Source: a bacterium (GTDB lineage Bacteria; UBA8248). From it: a stretch of DNA of 64,000 nt. The notes under the pieces are model-generated. The model was given only the letters and a program-made list of their open reading frames with translations. It ran no database searches and was not told where the DNA came from. This document shows positions 46,745-59,113 of the stretch, piece after piece. Location: contig CBDBEV010000001.1 of NCBI GenBank assembly GCA_965204535.1, forward strand, positions 1,600,001 through 1,664,000, written 5' to 3'. The position numbers were made by a program, and so were the translations under genes. Position 1 is the first letter of the stretch. Every line of letters starts with the position of its first letter.

Positions 46745-47917
46745 CTACGCCGTACCGAACCTGTCCATCCACCAGTCCGCAATCCACTCCCCGCACATCG
46801 GCAGGTTGTCGAACACGCAGTGCTGGCTGCCGCCGTCCTCGACGCTGAAAATCTTGAGTTCCTTCTCCTCGGAACCGCAGGCTTCATAAAGCCTGTGGGC
46901 CATATCGACCGGCACGATGTTGTCGTCCTGGCCGTGTGTGATGCAGATGGGCATGCGTATCTTCTCGGCGACACCCGCCAGAGTGTAGTTCTTGCACTTT
47001 TCCATCGCGGAATCCATGTCCGGCGTCCCGAGCACCCAAGGCAGTTGCCAGATGGCGGATGAGGAGATGGTGCCGCCGCTTTCGAGCACCTTTCTCCTGT
47101 GCACCCAGACCTCGTGGTAATCGAAATGCGCCCCCCAGGTCAGGCACGCCGCGTAGCGGTGCTCGAAAGCGGCGATGCGCGGGGCGTAGTAGCCGCCCAT
47201 GCTCATGGCCATCAGGCCGATGCGCCCAGAATCCACCTCGGGTCGCGCGTCCAGAAAATCGAACGCAGCAGTTCCCGCCACCTCGTAATCCGGGCGGCTC
47301 GGTATCTTCCCGAGCCTGAGCGTCTCCCCCTGGCCCGGTCCGTCCACGCAGAGCACCCCGACGCCTCGCTCGATCAAAGCGAGTGCACCCCACAGAACGG
47401 TGATCTCCTTCGAGCCGTCGAGTCCATTGAAAAAGGCGACGTAAGGATCATTGCCTGTGGGATTCCTGGGCGGAAGGAGGTATGCCGCCAGGGGGCCTTC
47501 CTCGTAGGGAACGTCGGCGCGCTCGAACCCGGGCACGCGGTATTTCATCCCCTTCTCGTAGTGGGGCAGGAGTTTTCTGTAGGATTCGGATTTTCTCGGA
47601 TCGTCGGGGTGGACGAAGCGCTCGCTCGCGTAGCGGTAAATCGCGCTCCGCACGTAGGCCGCCATGGCGGTGCGCGTGTGGCCCTTTCGCTCCTCATCCT
47701 CCGCGCGGGCGAGCGTCTTGTCCGACATCCAGGACCAGGCGTCGTGCCAGGCTTCGGCGTCGCCCGCCCGTCCGCTCAGGCGTTTTCCGATCTGATCGAT
47801 TTCGTGAAAGTTCGATCCCCCCATCGCGGCGATGTTGATCTGCCCGCTCATCAACTGCGACCAGAGATAGTGCTCCGGGAAATATCGAAACCACGAACCG
47901 ATGATGTTCTCCGACAT
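46745..47917 (-). CDS. Alpha/beta hydrolase, DHPONH/FrsA-like (paralog 3)
   Basis: NGLDGSKE, DGPGQGE, AMSMGGYYAPR, HGQDD, QHC. Confidence 0.8.
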   Translation of the reverse strand: MSENIIGSWFRYFPEHYLWSQLMSGQINIAAMGGSNFHEIDQIGKRLSGRAGDAEAWHDAWSWMSDKTLARAEDEERKGHTRTAMAAYVRSAIYRYASERFVHPDDPRKSESYRKLLPHYEKGMKYRVPGFERADVPYEEGPLAAYLLPPRNPTGNDPYVAFFNGLDGSKEITVLWGALALIERGVGVLCVDGPGQGETLRLGKIPSRPDYEVAGTAAFDFLDARPEVDSGRIGLMAMSMGGYYAPRIAAFEHRYAACLTWGAHFDYHEVWVHRRKVLESGGTISSSAIWQLPWVLGTPDMDSAMEKCKNYTLAGVAEKIRMPICITHGQDDNIVPVDMAHRLYEACGSEEKELKIFSVEDGGSQHCVFDNLPMCGEWIADWWMDRFGTA

Positions 47918-48182
47918 GAAAAGTCTCCTCCCAGGTTGAATCCATTCACATAGCAAGCCGTTTTGCGATGCGGAGAACATACACGCAACGCCCGCGCGTT
48001 CACAAGGAAACTTTGTGGCGGATCAACCGCCCCGAGCTTTGACCCTTGATTCGCATCCGTGATAATTTTCTCAAATACAAGGGCAGACAAACTACTTGAC
48101 ACTCTCAGAAATTCAAGAGGTGTTTTCATCTTCACCGGAGCAGGTTTTATGACCTGCTCTATTCCTTAAAGGAGGAAAACCT

Positions 48183-49712
48183 ATGCGGAAGTTTCTCGTA
48201 ATCCTGGCCGTCTTCGCCATTCTGGCGATGGGCGCGCCCGTGACGGCTGACGCGAAAAGCACCGTCACCATCGCCCTCTCGGGCGAACCACCGACAATGG
48301 ACCCGCACCGCGTCTCGAACTTCGTCGGCGCGATGGTCTGGCGTTGGAGCTACGATACCCTTCTTCACGCCGAGACCGGAACGGGCGAGAAAAAGCCATG
48401 GCTCGCCACCAAGTGGACCCAACTCGGTCCCCTGAAGTGGAAGTTCCAGCTGAGAAAAGGCGTGAAGTTCAGCGACGGCTCGCCTTTCACGGCGGAGAGC
48501 TTCAAGTACACCATCAGCCGCATCATGAAGTCCGCGCGGCAAAGGCAATACTTCAAAAACATCGATAAAATAGAAGTCGTCGACGACCATACCTTCATCT
48601 ATCACAACAGAGAACCCGATGGCGGCATGTGGAACCGCCTGACCCGCTGGGCCGGCCCCATCAGCCTGAAGACCAAGGGCATGGAACTCGCCCACATCTC
48701 GCGCAACACCTACGGCACGGGACCCTATGTCCTCAAGTCCTGGACCAAGGGCCAGAAGATGGTGTTCGACGCGAACCCGAACTGGTGGAACAACAAGAAC
48801 TTCCCGAAGCGGCCGCAGCGCATCGTCCTCCGCCGCATCCGCGAGAGCGCCACGCGCGCCAAGGCGCTTCAGGCGGGCGAGATCGACGTGGCCTGGGGCA
48901 TCATGCCGCAGTTCATCCCCCAGCTCGAGAAAAACCCGAAGACGAAAGTCGCCGTCGTCCCCGCCGTGCGCATCATGCACATGGGCTTCTTCACGAGACA
49001 CGGCGGCCCGATGGCCAACGTCAAGGTGCGCCAAGCGATCAACTACGCCATCGACGCGGAGGCGATTCGCACGACCATCCTGGGCGGACGCGCGGACCTG
49101 TTCGGTCAGATGCTCCACCCCTGGAACTACTCGGGCTACAACCCCAAGAAAAAATGGTACGGCTATGACCCGGCCAAGGCGAAGGCCCTCTTGAAGGAAG
49201 CCGGCTACGAAAAGGGCTTCAAGATGGAAGTCATCGCCACGAACGGCCGCTACCCGGGCGACAAGGCCACGTGTGAGGCCATCGCCGGGATGGTCAAGAA
49301 AGTCGGCGTGAACGCCACGTGTAACTCCCAGCGCTTCCCGCTCTTCAAGAAGCTGCACCGCGCCTACAAGGCCGGCAAGAAGAAGGGCGCCGCCGCCTAT
49401 TACATGGGCTTCGGCAACGGCCAGGGCGACTCCACTTCCGTGCTTCGCGGAACGTCGAGCTGCAAGGGCCCCTGGAGCGGCATGTGCTACCCGGAGTTGG
49501 ATAAGGCGATCGACGCGGCCACGGCTACCGTCGACCCGAAAAAACAGCAGATGGCGTTCGAAGGCGTAACCGACTTGATGAAAAAACTGGTCACGCACAA
49601 GATCGTCGTGAAGATCCACGACGTGCTCGGCCATGGTTCGAACCTGAAATGGATCCCGCGCCACGACGAGACGCTTCTCCCCTGGGAGATCGGAGTGCTC
49701 GGCATGAACTAG
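48183..49712 (+). CDS. Family 5 ABC substrate-binding protein (copy 1)
   Basis: Signal peptide, LRKGVKFSDG, GTGPY, VRQAINYAID. Confidence 0.92.
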   Translation: MRKFLVILAVFAILAMGAPVTADAKSTVTIALSGEPPTMDPHRVSNFVGAMVWRWSYDTLLHAETGTGEKKPWLATKWTQLGPLKWKFQLRKGVKFSDGSPFTAESFKYTISRIMKSARQRQYFKNIDKIEVVDDHTFIYHNREPDGGMWNRLTRWAGPISLKTKGMELAHISRNTYGTGPYVLKSWTKGQKMVFDANPNWWNNKNFPKRPQRIVLRRIRESATRAKALQAGEIDVAWGIMPQFIPQLEKNPKTKVAVVPAVRIMHMGFFTRHGGPMANVKVRQAINYAIDAEAIRTTILGGRADLFGQMLHPWNYSGYNPKKKWYGYDPAKAKALLKEAGYEKGFKMEVIATNGRYPGDKATCEAIAGMVKKVGVNATCNSQRFPLFKKLHRAYKAGKKKGAAAYYMGFGNGQGDSTSVLRGTSSCKGPWSGMCYPELDKAIDAATATVDPKKQQMAFEGVTDLMKKLVTHKIVVKIHDVLGHGSNLKWIPRHDETLLPWEIGVLGMN

Positions 49713-49735
49713 GCGGGTGTTTTCGCTGCACCGCG

Positions 49736-49771
49736 CCGCGGGGGGCGGCCGACGCCCCCCGCGGTTTTTTT
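49736..49771 (+). terminator. Rho-independent terminator
   Basis: CCGCGGGGGGCG-loop-CGCCCCCCGCGG followed by T7. Confidence 0.8.
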
Positions 49772-49790
49772 ACCTTCACGAATTAACCGC

Positions 49791-49904
49791 TCATCTTCGA
49801 GGCTCAACCATGAAGTTCGGCATTTTTGGTCCGCTCAGCAACTGCGTCCAAAGATAGCCCTCCCCGAAATTCCGAAGCCACGAGCCCATTACGTTCTCCA
49901 CCAA
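49791..49904 (-). pseudogene. 5' stub of a fourth DHPONH-like hydrolase (37-codon ORF)
   Basis: MVENVMGSWLRNFGEGYLWTQLLSG vs MSENIIGSWFRYFPEHYLWSQLMSG of 46745..47917; GAGGAGG RBS retained. Confidence 0.75.
49810..49840 (+). pseudogene. 5' stub of an LLM oxidoreductase (MKFGIF...)
   Basis: ATGAAGTTCGGCATTTTTGGTCCGCTCAGCA vs ATGAAATTCGGCATCTTTTTGTCCGCACAGCA at 51815. Confidence 0.7.
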
Positions 49905-50186
49905 GAAGCCTCCTCCTCGTTGAAACGTTGGACGCATTCATACATTTCGCGTTGCGGGGGACATACACCATATCCCGGCTTTCACTACTTACACCCCGCG
50001 TTCACCTGGAATCCGGGCGGAGATAAGTCGTTTTCCTGTTTTGACGTTTTATTCTCATCCGTGATAGATTTTTAATATACAATAAAAGGGAAAAAGTGAC
50101 GTAACTCTCTCAAGGAACCAAAGAAGTGTATTTGTTCTTCACCGGGGCAGGTATCGCAACCTGTCCCTCGTAAAGGAGGAAAACCC

Positions 50187-51716
50187 ATGCGGAAGTTTCT
50201 CGTAATCCTGGCCGTCTTCGCGGTTCTGGCGATGGGCGCACCCGTGACGGCTGACGCGAAAAGCACCGTCACCATCGCCCTGACGGGCGAACCACCGACG
50301 ATGGACCCGCACCGCGTCTCGAACTTCATCGGCGCGATGGTCTGGCGTTGGAGCTACGACACCCTCATTCACGCCGAGACCGGAACGGGCGCGAAAAAGC
50401 CTTGGCTCGCCACGAAGTGGGTGAAAGTAACCCCCAAGAGCGCGAAGTTCCATCTGAGGAAGGGCGTCAAGTTCTCGGACGGCACGCGCCTGACGGCGGA
50501 AAACTTCAAGTACACGATGACCCGTGTCTTGAAATCCGCGCGCCAGAGAACTTACTTCAAGAACTTCGACAAAATCGAAATTCTCGACGACAACACCTTC
50601 ATCTACCACAACAAACAGCCCGACAGCGGTATGTGGAACCGCCTGACCCGCTGGGCCGGCTCCATCAGCCTGAAGACCAAGGGCATGGAACTCGCCCACA
50701 TCTCGCGCAACACCTACGGCACGGGTCCCTATGTCCTCAAATCCTGGACCAAGGGCCAGAAGATGGTGTTCGACGCGAACCCGAACTGGTGGAACAACAA
50801 GAATTTCCCGAAACGGCCGCAGCGAATCGTCCTCCGCCGCATCCGCGAGAGCGCCACGCGCGCCAAGGCGCTGCAGGCGGGCGAGATCGACGTGGCCTGG
50901 GGCATCATGCCGCAGTTCATCCCCCAGCTCGAGAAAAACCCGAAAACGGCAGTCGCCGTCGTCCCCGCCGTGCGCATCATGCACATGGGATTCTTCACGA
51001 GACACGGCGGCCCGATGGCCAACGTGAAGGTGCGCCAGGCGATCAACTACGCCATCGACGCGGAGGCGATTCGCACGACCATCCTGGGCGGGCGCGCCGA
51101 CCTCTTCGGCCAGATGCTCCATCCCTGGAACTACTCGGGCTACAACCCCAAGAAGAAATGGTACGGCTACGACCCGGCCAAGGCGAAGGCCCTCTTGAAG
51201 GAAGCCGGCCACGAAAAGGGCTTCAAGATGGAAATCGTCGCCACGAACGGCCGCTACCCGGGCGACAAGGCCACGTGTGAGGCCATCGCCGGGATGGTCA
51301 AGAAAGTCGGCGTAAACGCCACGTGTAACTCCCAGCGCTTCCCGCTCTTCAAGAAGCTCCACCGCGCCTACAAGGCCGGCAAGAAAAAAGGCGCTGCGGC
51401 CTACTACATGGGCTTCGGTAACGGTGGAGGTGATTCCTCCGGCGTGCTTCGCGGAACGTCGAGTTGCAAAGGCGCCTGGAGCGGCATGTGCTTCAAGGAG
51501 CTGGACGCTCTGATCGACAAGGCCAACGCCACCGTCGACGAAAAAAAACAGCAGATGGCGTTCGAAGCCGTGACCGACAAGATGAAAGCGCTGGCCACGC
51601 ACAAGATCGTCGTGAAGATCCACGACGTGCTCGGCCACCGGGCGAACCTCAGGTGGACACCGCGCCACGACGAGACGCTTCTCCCCTGGGAGATCGAAGT
51701 GCTCGGCATGAACTAG
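50187..51716 (+). CDS. Family 5 ABC substrate-binding protein (copy 2)
   Basis: Same length (509 aa) as and colinear with copy 1, offset 2004 bp. Confidence 0.92.
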   Translation: MRKFLVILAVFAVLAMGAPVTADAKSTVTIALTGEPPTMDPHRVSNFIGAMVWRWSYDTLIHAETGTGAKKPWLATKWVKVTPKSAKFHLRKGVKFSDGTRLTAENFKYTMTRVLKSARQRTYFKNFDKIEILDDNTFIYHNKQPDSGMWNRLTRWAGSISLKTKGMELAHISRNTYGTGPYVLKSWTKGQKMVFDANPNWWNNKNFPKRPQRIVLRRIRESATRAKALQAGEIDVAWGIMPQFIPQLEKNPKTAVAVVPAVRIMHMGFFTRHGGPMANVKVRQAINYAIDAEAIRTTILGGRADLFGQMLHPWNYSGYNPKKKWYGYDPAKAKALLKEAGHEKGFKMEIVATNGRYPGDKATCEAIAGMVKKVGVNATCNSQRFPLFKKLHRAYKAGKKKGAAAYYMGFGNGGGDSSGVLRGTSSCKGAWSGMCFKELDALIDKANATVDEKKQQMAFEAVTDKMKALATHKIVVKIHDVLGHRANLRWTPRHDETLLPWEIEVLGMN

Positions 51717-51739
51717 GCGGGCGTTTTCGCTGCATCACG

Positions 51740-51775
51740 CCGCGGGGGGTGCTCGACGCCCCCCGCGGTTTTTTT
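51740..51775 (+). terminator. Rho-independent terminator/attenuator
   Basis: CCGCGGGGGGTG-loop-CGCCCCCCGCGG followed by T7. Confidence 0.75.
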
Positions 51776-51814
51776 GCACCTTCAAGGATAAACCGCTTTT
51801 TCTGAGGTTCAGAC

Positions 51815-52822
51815 ATGAAATTCGGCATCTTTTTGTCCGCACAGCAGAACCTGGACGCCAATCTGGTCGACGCGTTCCGCTCCCAAATCGATCTTGTTCG
51901 CCTTACGCGTGACAAGGGTTGGGATTCTTTTTTCACCGGACAGCACTACCTGAGCGAGGGGAACGTGCAGCACCTGCAGAACCTGCCCTTTCTCGCGCGC
52001 TTAAAAGCCGAGGCGGGCGACATGATGCTCGGCCTCGGCGTCTTGCTCATCAATCTGCACAACCCGGTCTACGTGGCGGAGACCGTCGCCACCATGGACG
52101 TCATCGCCGAGGGTAACATGGCGTTCGGCGTCGGCCTCGGCTACCGCGACGTGGAGTTCGACGCCTTCGGCGTCCGGCGGGGAGAGCGGGTGAAGCGCTT
52201 CGTGGACTGCCTCGAACTGGTCAAGCGCCTGTGGACGGAAGAATCCGTTTCGTTCGAGAGCGAATACTGCACGCTGAAAGACGTGCGCATGAACATGCGC
52301 CCCGTCCAAAAGCCTTATCCCCCCATCTGGTTTGCGGCGAACAGCGACCCGGCCGTGAAGCGCGCGGCGCACTTGGGCGATACCCTTCTCATCAATCCCC
52401 ACGCCACCACGCAGACCATCGCGCGCCAGATGGATGTCTACCGCGAAGGCCTGGCGGAGGCGGGAAAATCCATGCCTGAGGAGCTTCCCTGCATGAAGGA
52501 GGTCTTCTGCGCCAGGGACAGGAAAACGGCGCTCGAACTCGCAGGCCCCTACCTCGGCCAGAAATACAAGGACTACGCTCGCTGGGGGCAGGACAAGGCC
52601 CTGCCTGAGGACGAGACCTTCGACCAGCCCTTCGAGGACCTGCTCAAGGATCGCTTCGTCATCGGTTCACCGGAGGATTGCTACGAGCAACTCAAACCCT
52701 ACAAGGATATGGGCGTGAACCACCTCATCATCCGTACGCACTGGATCGGCATGCCCGCTTCCTCGGCGCTGGAAAGCGCGCGGCTCATTTCCGACGAACT
52801 CATGCCCGCGCTGAAAGCATAG
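51815..52822 (+). CDS. LLM-class flavin-dependent oxidoreductase
   Basis: MKFGIF, GQHY, NPVYVAE..AT.D, GLGYR..EF, PVQKPYPPIW, IGSPEDC. Confidence 0.9.
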   Translation: MKFGIFLSAQQNLDANLVDAFRSQIDLVRLTRDKGWDSFFTGQHYLSEGNVQHLQNLPFLARLKAEAGDMMLGLGVLLINLHNPVYVAETVATMDVIAEGNMAFGVGLGYRDVEFDAFGVRRGERVKRFVDCLELVKRLWTEESVSFESEYCTLKDVRMNMRPVQKPYPPIWFAANSDPAVKRAAHLGDTLLINPHATTQTIARQMDVYREGLAEAGKSMPEELPCMKEVFCARDRKTALELAGPYLGQKYKDYARWGQDKALPEDETFDQPFEDLLKDRFVIGSPEDCYEQLKPYKDMGVNHLIIRTHWIGMPASSALESARLISDELMPALKA

Positions 52823-52853
52823 GACGCTCCCGAGCCCGGAAGGAGACACCATC

Positions 52854-54044
52854 ATGGCCTCTGCAAAAGACTTTCCCCGCTACCCGAAAACCGAATACGC
52901 CCGCCGCTACCGCGAGATCAGAAAAAGGATGCGTGCGCGGGGAATCGACGTCCTCATCTTCTACGGGGATTCGGGAATGCAGGGCGGCAATCAGGCCAAC
53001 CTCAAATACGTCACGAACTACAAGGACCCGGTGAGCAGCTTCTTCGTCTTTCCGCTCAGGGGCGCGCCCGCTCTGTTTATTTCGAACCGGCTTTATCTCC
53101 CCTACGCGAAAAAGATGAGCATCATCGCGAAAACAGAGGCCGTGGACTACGAACCGGGCCTTAAGGTCGAAGGACGCATCCGTGAACTGGGGCTTGAGAA
53201 AGGAACCATCGGCCTGGTCGGCTTTCGCGGCATTCTACCCGTCTCCCTGCCGTTCAGCGTGGTGGATCACTGGCGCAAAGCTCTCAAGGGCGCGAGCTTT
53301 ACAGACGCTTCGGACATTCTCGCCGAAGTGAGGCTCATCAAAAGCCGCGAGGAACTCAAGTGGTTCCGGCGCGGGGCGGCGCTTACGGATATGGCTTTTG
53401 AAGCTCTGGACAAGAAAGCAAAAATAGGCATGAGCGAGTTCGAACTCGCCGCCACCATCTCCGGCGCATATGTGCCCAGAGGCGGAAGCCCGCAACTCAT
53501 CTTCGTGGGCTCGACCTCCATGGCGAGGCCGCAGTTGATCTTCCCCAACCAGTTCCCATCGCACCGCAAGATCAGAAAAGGCGACATCGTGCTGACGGAG
53601 TTATCCGCCGATTACGAGATGCACCCCGGCCAGGCGCACCGGCCCATCTCCGTCGGGGTGGAGCCGACGCCCATCTACCGGAAACTCTACGAGGTGGGCG
53701 TGGAGGCCTACGAGCGAATACTCAAGGCGTTGAAACCGGGCAATACGCACGAGGACATCAAGCGCGCGGGCGCCATCATCGAAGAGGAGGGCTTCACCAC
53801 CTTCGACACCACCTTCCACGGCTGGGGGCTGCTCATCGAAAACCCCCGCGTCGACGTGGCCGCCACCATCCTCAAACGGCCCCAGAACGAAATCACCTTC
53901 ACCGAAGGCATGCTCATGGTGATTCAGCCCAACGTCTGCACGGTGGACGGCAAGCGCGGCCTTCAGGTGGGAAACCTCGTGGAAGTCACCAAAACAGGCG
54001 CGCGCACCCTCCAGAAATTCCCCATGAAGTTCATGCGCATATAA
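52854..54044 (+). CDS. M24 (pita-bread fold) peptidase/creatinase-like protein
   Basis: N-terminal creatinase domain, RLIKS.EE, LKPG, HGWG. Confidence 0.82.
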   Translation: MASAKDFPRYPKTEYARRYREIRKRMRARGIDVLIFYGDSGMQGGNQANLKYVTNYKDPVSSFFVFPLRGAPALFISNRLYLPYAKKMSIIAKTEAVDYEPGLKVEGRIRELGLEKGTIGLVGFRGILPVSLPFSVVDHWRKALKGASFTDASDILAEVRLIKSREELKWFRRGAALTDMAFEALDKKAKIGMSEFELAATISGAYVPRGGSPQLIFVGSTSMARPQLIFPNQFPSHRKIRKGDIVLTELSADYEMHPGQAHRPISVGVEPTPIYRKLYEVGVEAYERILKALKPGNTHEDIKRAGAIIEEEGFTTFDTTFHGWGLLIENPRVDVAATILKRPQNEITFTEGMLMVIQPNVCTVDGKRGLQVGNLVEVTKTGARTLQKFPMKFMRI

Positions 54045-54083
54045 AAAGCCGCTCTGCAGGCTCATCCTGCGGGGCGGCTCTTT
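54045..54083. terminator. Bidirectional terminator
   Basis: AAAAGCCGCTCTGCAGG-loop-CCTGCGGGGCGGCTCTTT between convergent genes. Confidence 0.7.
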
Positions 54084-54096
54084 ATGATCAAGAGAA

Positions 54097-54540
54097 TCAG
54101 TTGGCCGGCATGGCCGCGATTTTCTTTTCGAGATCCTCGGCGAGGGGAGAACCCAGGCTCTTGAGTTTTCCTAAATCCGCCAGGGCGGCCGCCTTGTTTT
54201 CGGCCATGACGTGGGCGACGCCCCTGTATTCCAGGGCAGGCGCATAGTCGGGCTTGATGGAGAGCGCCCTGTCGTAGGCGGCGATGGCCTCTTTCGCCTT
54301 GCCCATCTTCCTCAGTGAATAGCCCAGCATGTTGAAGGCCTTATAGTGCTCGGCGTCTTCTTCGATCACCTTCCGGAAAAGAGCCGCCGCCTCCGCCCAT
54401 TTTCCTTCTCGCGCCTTTTCCTCTCCTTGCGCATAATTCTGTCCGGCCATCTCGGGTTTGGGGTCGCCTGCCGGATGAGAGGGCGACGCCAGGGTGAGCG
54501 ACATCACGAACGCGAGAGCAACGAAGGATAAAATCTTCAT
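54097..54540 (-). CDS. Exported tetratricopeptide repeat protein
   Basis: Signal peptide; AFNMLGYSLRKMG...AYDRAL...PDY..ALEYRG. Confidence 0.82.
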   Translation of the reverse strand: MKILSFVALAFVMSLTLASPSHPAGDPKPEMAGQNYAQGEEKAREGKWAEAAALFRKVIEEDAEHYKAFNMLGYSLRKMGKAKEAIAAYDRALSIKPDYAPALEYRGVAHVMAENKAAALADLGKLKSLGSPLAEDLEKKIAAMPAN

Positions 54541-54645
54541 GGCATCATCTCCTGAAAAACGAAACTTTCTCTCAAGGCGGCAACTCAAGGGATTGCGCGC
54601 GTCCGCATCAATGATCGAACGCTACTTTCAGGCTCAGGTATACGA

Positions 54646-54693
54646 CAAAAAAAGAGGGCCGTCATTCACCCCTTCGGGTGAGCGACAGCCCCC
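54646..54693 (-). terminator. Terminator of the atp operon
   Basis: GGG.TGTC..TCACCC-GAAG-GGGTGA..GACGGCCC followed by T-run on the minus strand. Confidence 0.65.
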
Positions 54694-54707
54694 AAGTGAA
54701 ATACCCG

Positions 54708-55133
54708 CTAGTTGTTGAGCCCGCTTTGGTTCGCCACGGAAATACGGGTGATGGCGCGCTTCAGAGCCAACTCGGCCCGATCGAAATCGAGTTCTTCCTC
54801 GGCCTTCTGACCCGCCATGCGTTCCTGCGCGCGCTGGCGCGATTCCTGTGCGCGCTCGGCGTCGATGTCTTCGGCCCGTTCGGCGCTCTCCGCCAGGATG
54901 GTTATCTTGTCGGGGCCTACCTCGGCGTATCCCTCGATGATGGATACGAAATACCGCGCGCTGCCCGTGCGGTAGCTGAGCACGCCGACCCCCAACTGGC
55001 ACAGGTAGGGCGTGTGCTGGGACAGCACGCCGAACTCGCCGTAAAACCCCGGGGCCGTCACCTCGTCCACCTCGGCGGAGACGAGCTTGCGCTCGGGCGT
55101 CACGATGTCGAGCATCATTTTGCCTTCAACCAT
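54708..55133 (-). CDS. atpC: ATP synthase epsilon subunit
   Basis: LDIVTPER, GEFGVL..H, GYAEV, ILAESAE. Confidence 0.95.
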   Translation of the reverse strand: MVEGKMMLDIVTPERKLVSAEVDEVTAPGFYGEFGVLSQHTPYLCQLGVGVLSYRTGSARYFVSIIEGYAEVGPDKITILAESAERAEDIDAERAQESRQRAQERMAGQKAEEELDFDRAELALKRAITRISVANQSGLNN

Positions 55134-55137
55134 TCTC

Positions 55138-56598
<1,461 letters not shown>

Positions 56599-56645
56599 TC
56601 ATCAGTCGGCTCTTTTCGGGGTTGTCTTCTCTGATCCGTAATCCT

Positions 56646-57527
56646 CTACGCCAGCGCATCGGCGCCGGCCACCACTTCGAGCAACTCCGTGGTGATCGAA
56701 GCCTGGCGCACGCGGTTCATCTGCAACGTCAGCGTCCCTATCATCTCCTCGGCGTTTCTGGACGCGTTGTCCATCGCCGTCATGCGGGCGCCGAACTCGC
56801 TCGCCTCCGCGTCGAGAAGCGACCTGTAGATCTGCACCCGCACGTGCCTCGGCAAGATGCTGTCCAGCACACCCTCCATCGAGGGCTCGTAAATGTATTC
56901 CGCCGCCACGGGCTCGCCCTGATCGTCGAGCGAATCGGGCACCGGAGGCGCCAGAGGCAAAAGCCGCGAGAGCCTCGGGCTCTGGCTCAGAATCGTGCGA
57001 AACTCCGTGGTGATGATGTGGACCTCATCGAAGCCCTCTTCGAGATACGCCCTGGTCATAAGCTCGGCCAGTTGGGTGGCGAGGGCGAAGTCTATCTTCC
57101 CGTAGACGTCCGTGAATTGCTCCTTGAAGGAAAACTCCCGTCGCGCCAGAAAATCGCGTCCCTTGCGGCCCACGACGATGATCTCGGTTTCCTTGCCCTC
57201 TTCCTCGCGCTTCCTCAGGAACTGAAATGCCTGGCGAAGCAGGTTGGTGTTGTAGCCGCCGCAAAGCCCCTTGTCCGAGGTGATGACGAGCAGAAGCACG
57301 CGATCGTCCTTCATGTCGTCTCGAAGAAGGGGGTGCGTGTCCGCCGATACCTTTGCGGCCAGCGAATTCACCAGTTCCTCCATCTTCTCGCTATATGGCC
57401 GGGCGCTCTCGATGCGCTCCTGCGCCCGGCGCACCTTCGAGGCCGCAACGAGCTTCATCGCCCGTGTGATCTGCTGGGTGTTTTTTACGCTGCGTATGCG
57501 GCGCTTGTAATCTCTGGTAGAGGCCAT
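56646..57527 (-). CDS. atpG: ATP synthase gamma subunit
   Basis: ITRAMKLVAASK, DKGLCGGYN, RQASITTEL. Confidence 0.97.
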   Translation of the reverse strand: MASTRDYKRRIRSVKNTQQITRAMKLVAASKVRRAQERIESARPYSEKMEELVNSLAAKVSADTHPLLRDDMKDDRVLLLVITSDKGLCGGYNTNLLRQAFQFLRKREEEGKETEIIVVGRKGRDFLARREFSFKEQFTDVYGKIDFALATQLAELMTRAYLEEGFDEVHIITTEFRTILSQSPRLSRLLPLAPPVPDSLDDQGEPVAAEYIYEPSMEGVLDSILPRHVRVQIYRSLLDAEASEFGARMTAMDNASRNAEEMIGTLTLQMNRVRQASITTELLEVVAGADALA

Positions 57528-57534
57528 TTTCCAC

Positions 57535-59076
<1,542 letters not shown>

Positions 59077-59113
59077 GATTGCCCCCTTGATCCTTCAATT
59101 TATTCAGAGAGTA

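Noticed and set aside
48159-51668. Two ~500-aa antisense ORFs (48159..49664 and 50139..51668)
   Set aside because: They mirror the binding-protein genes in register, as expected from strong GC3 codon bias, and carry no recognisable motifs
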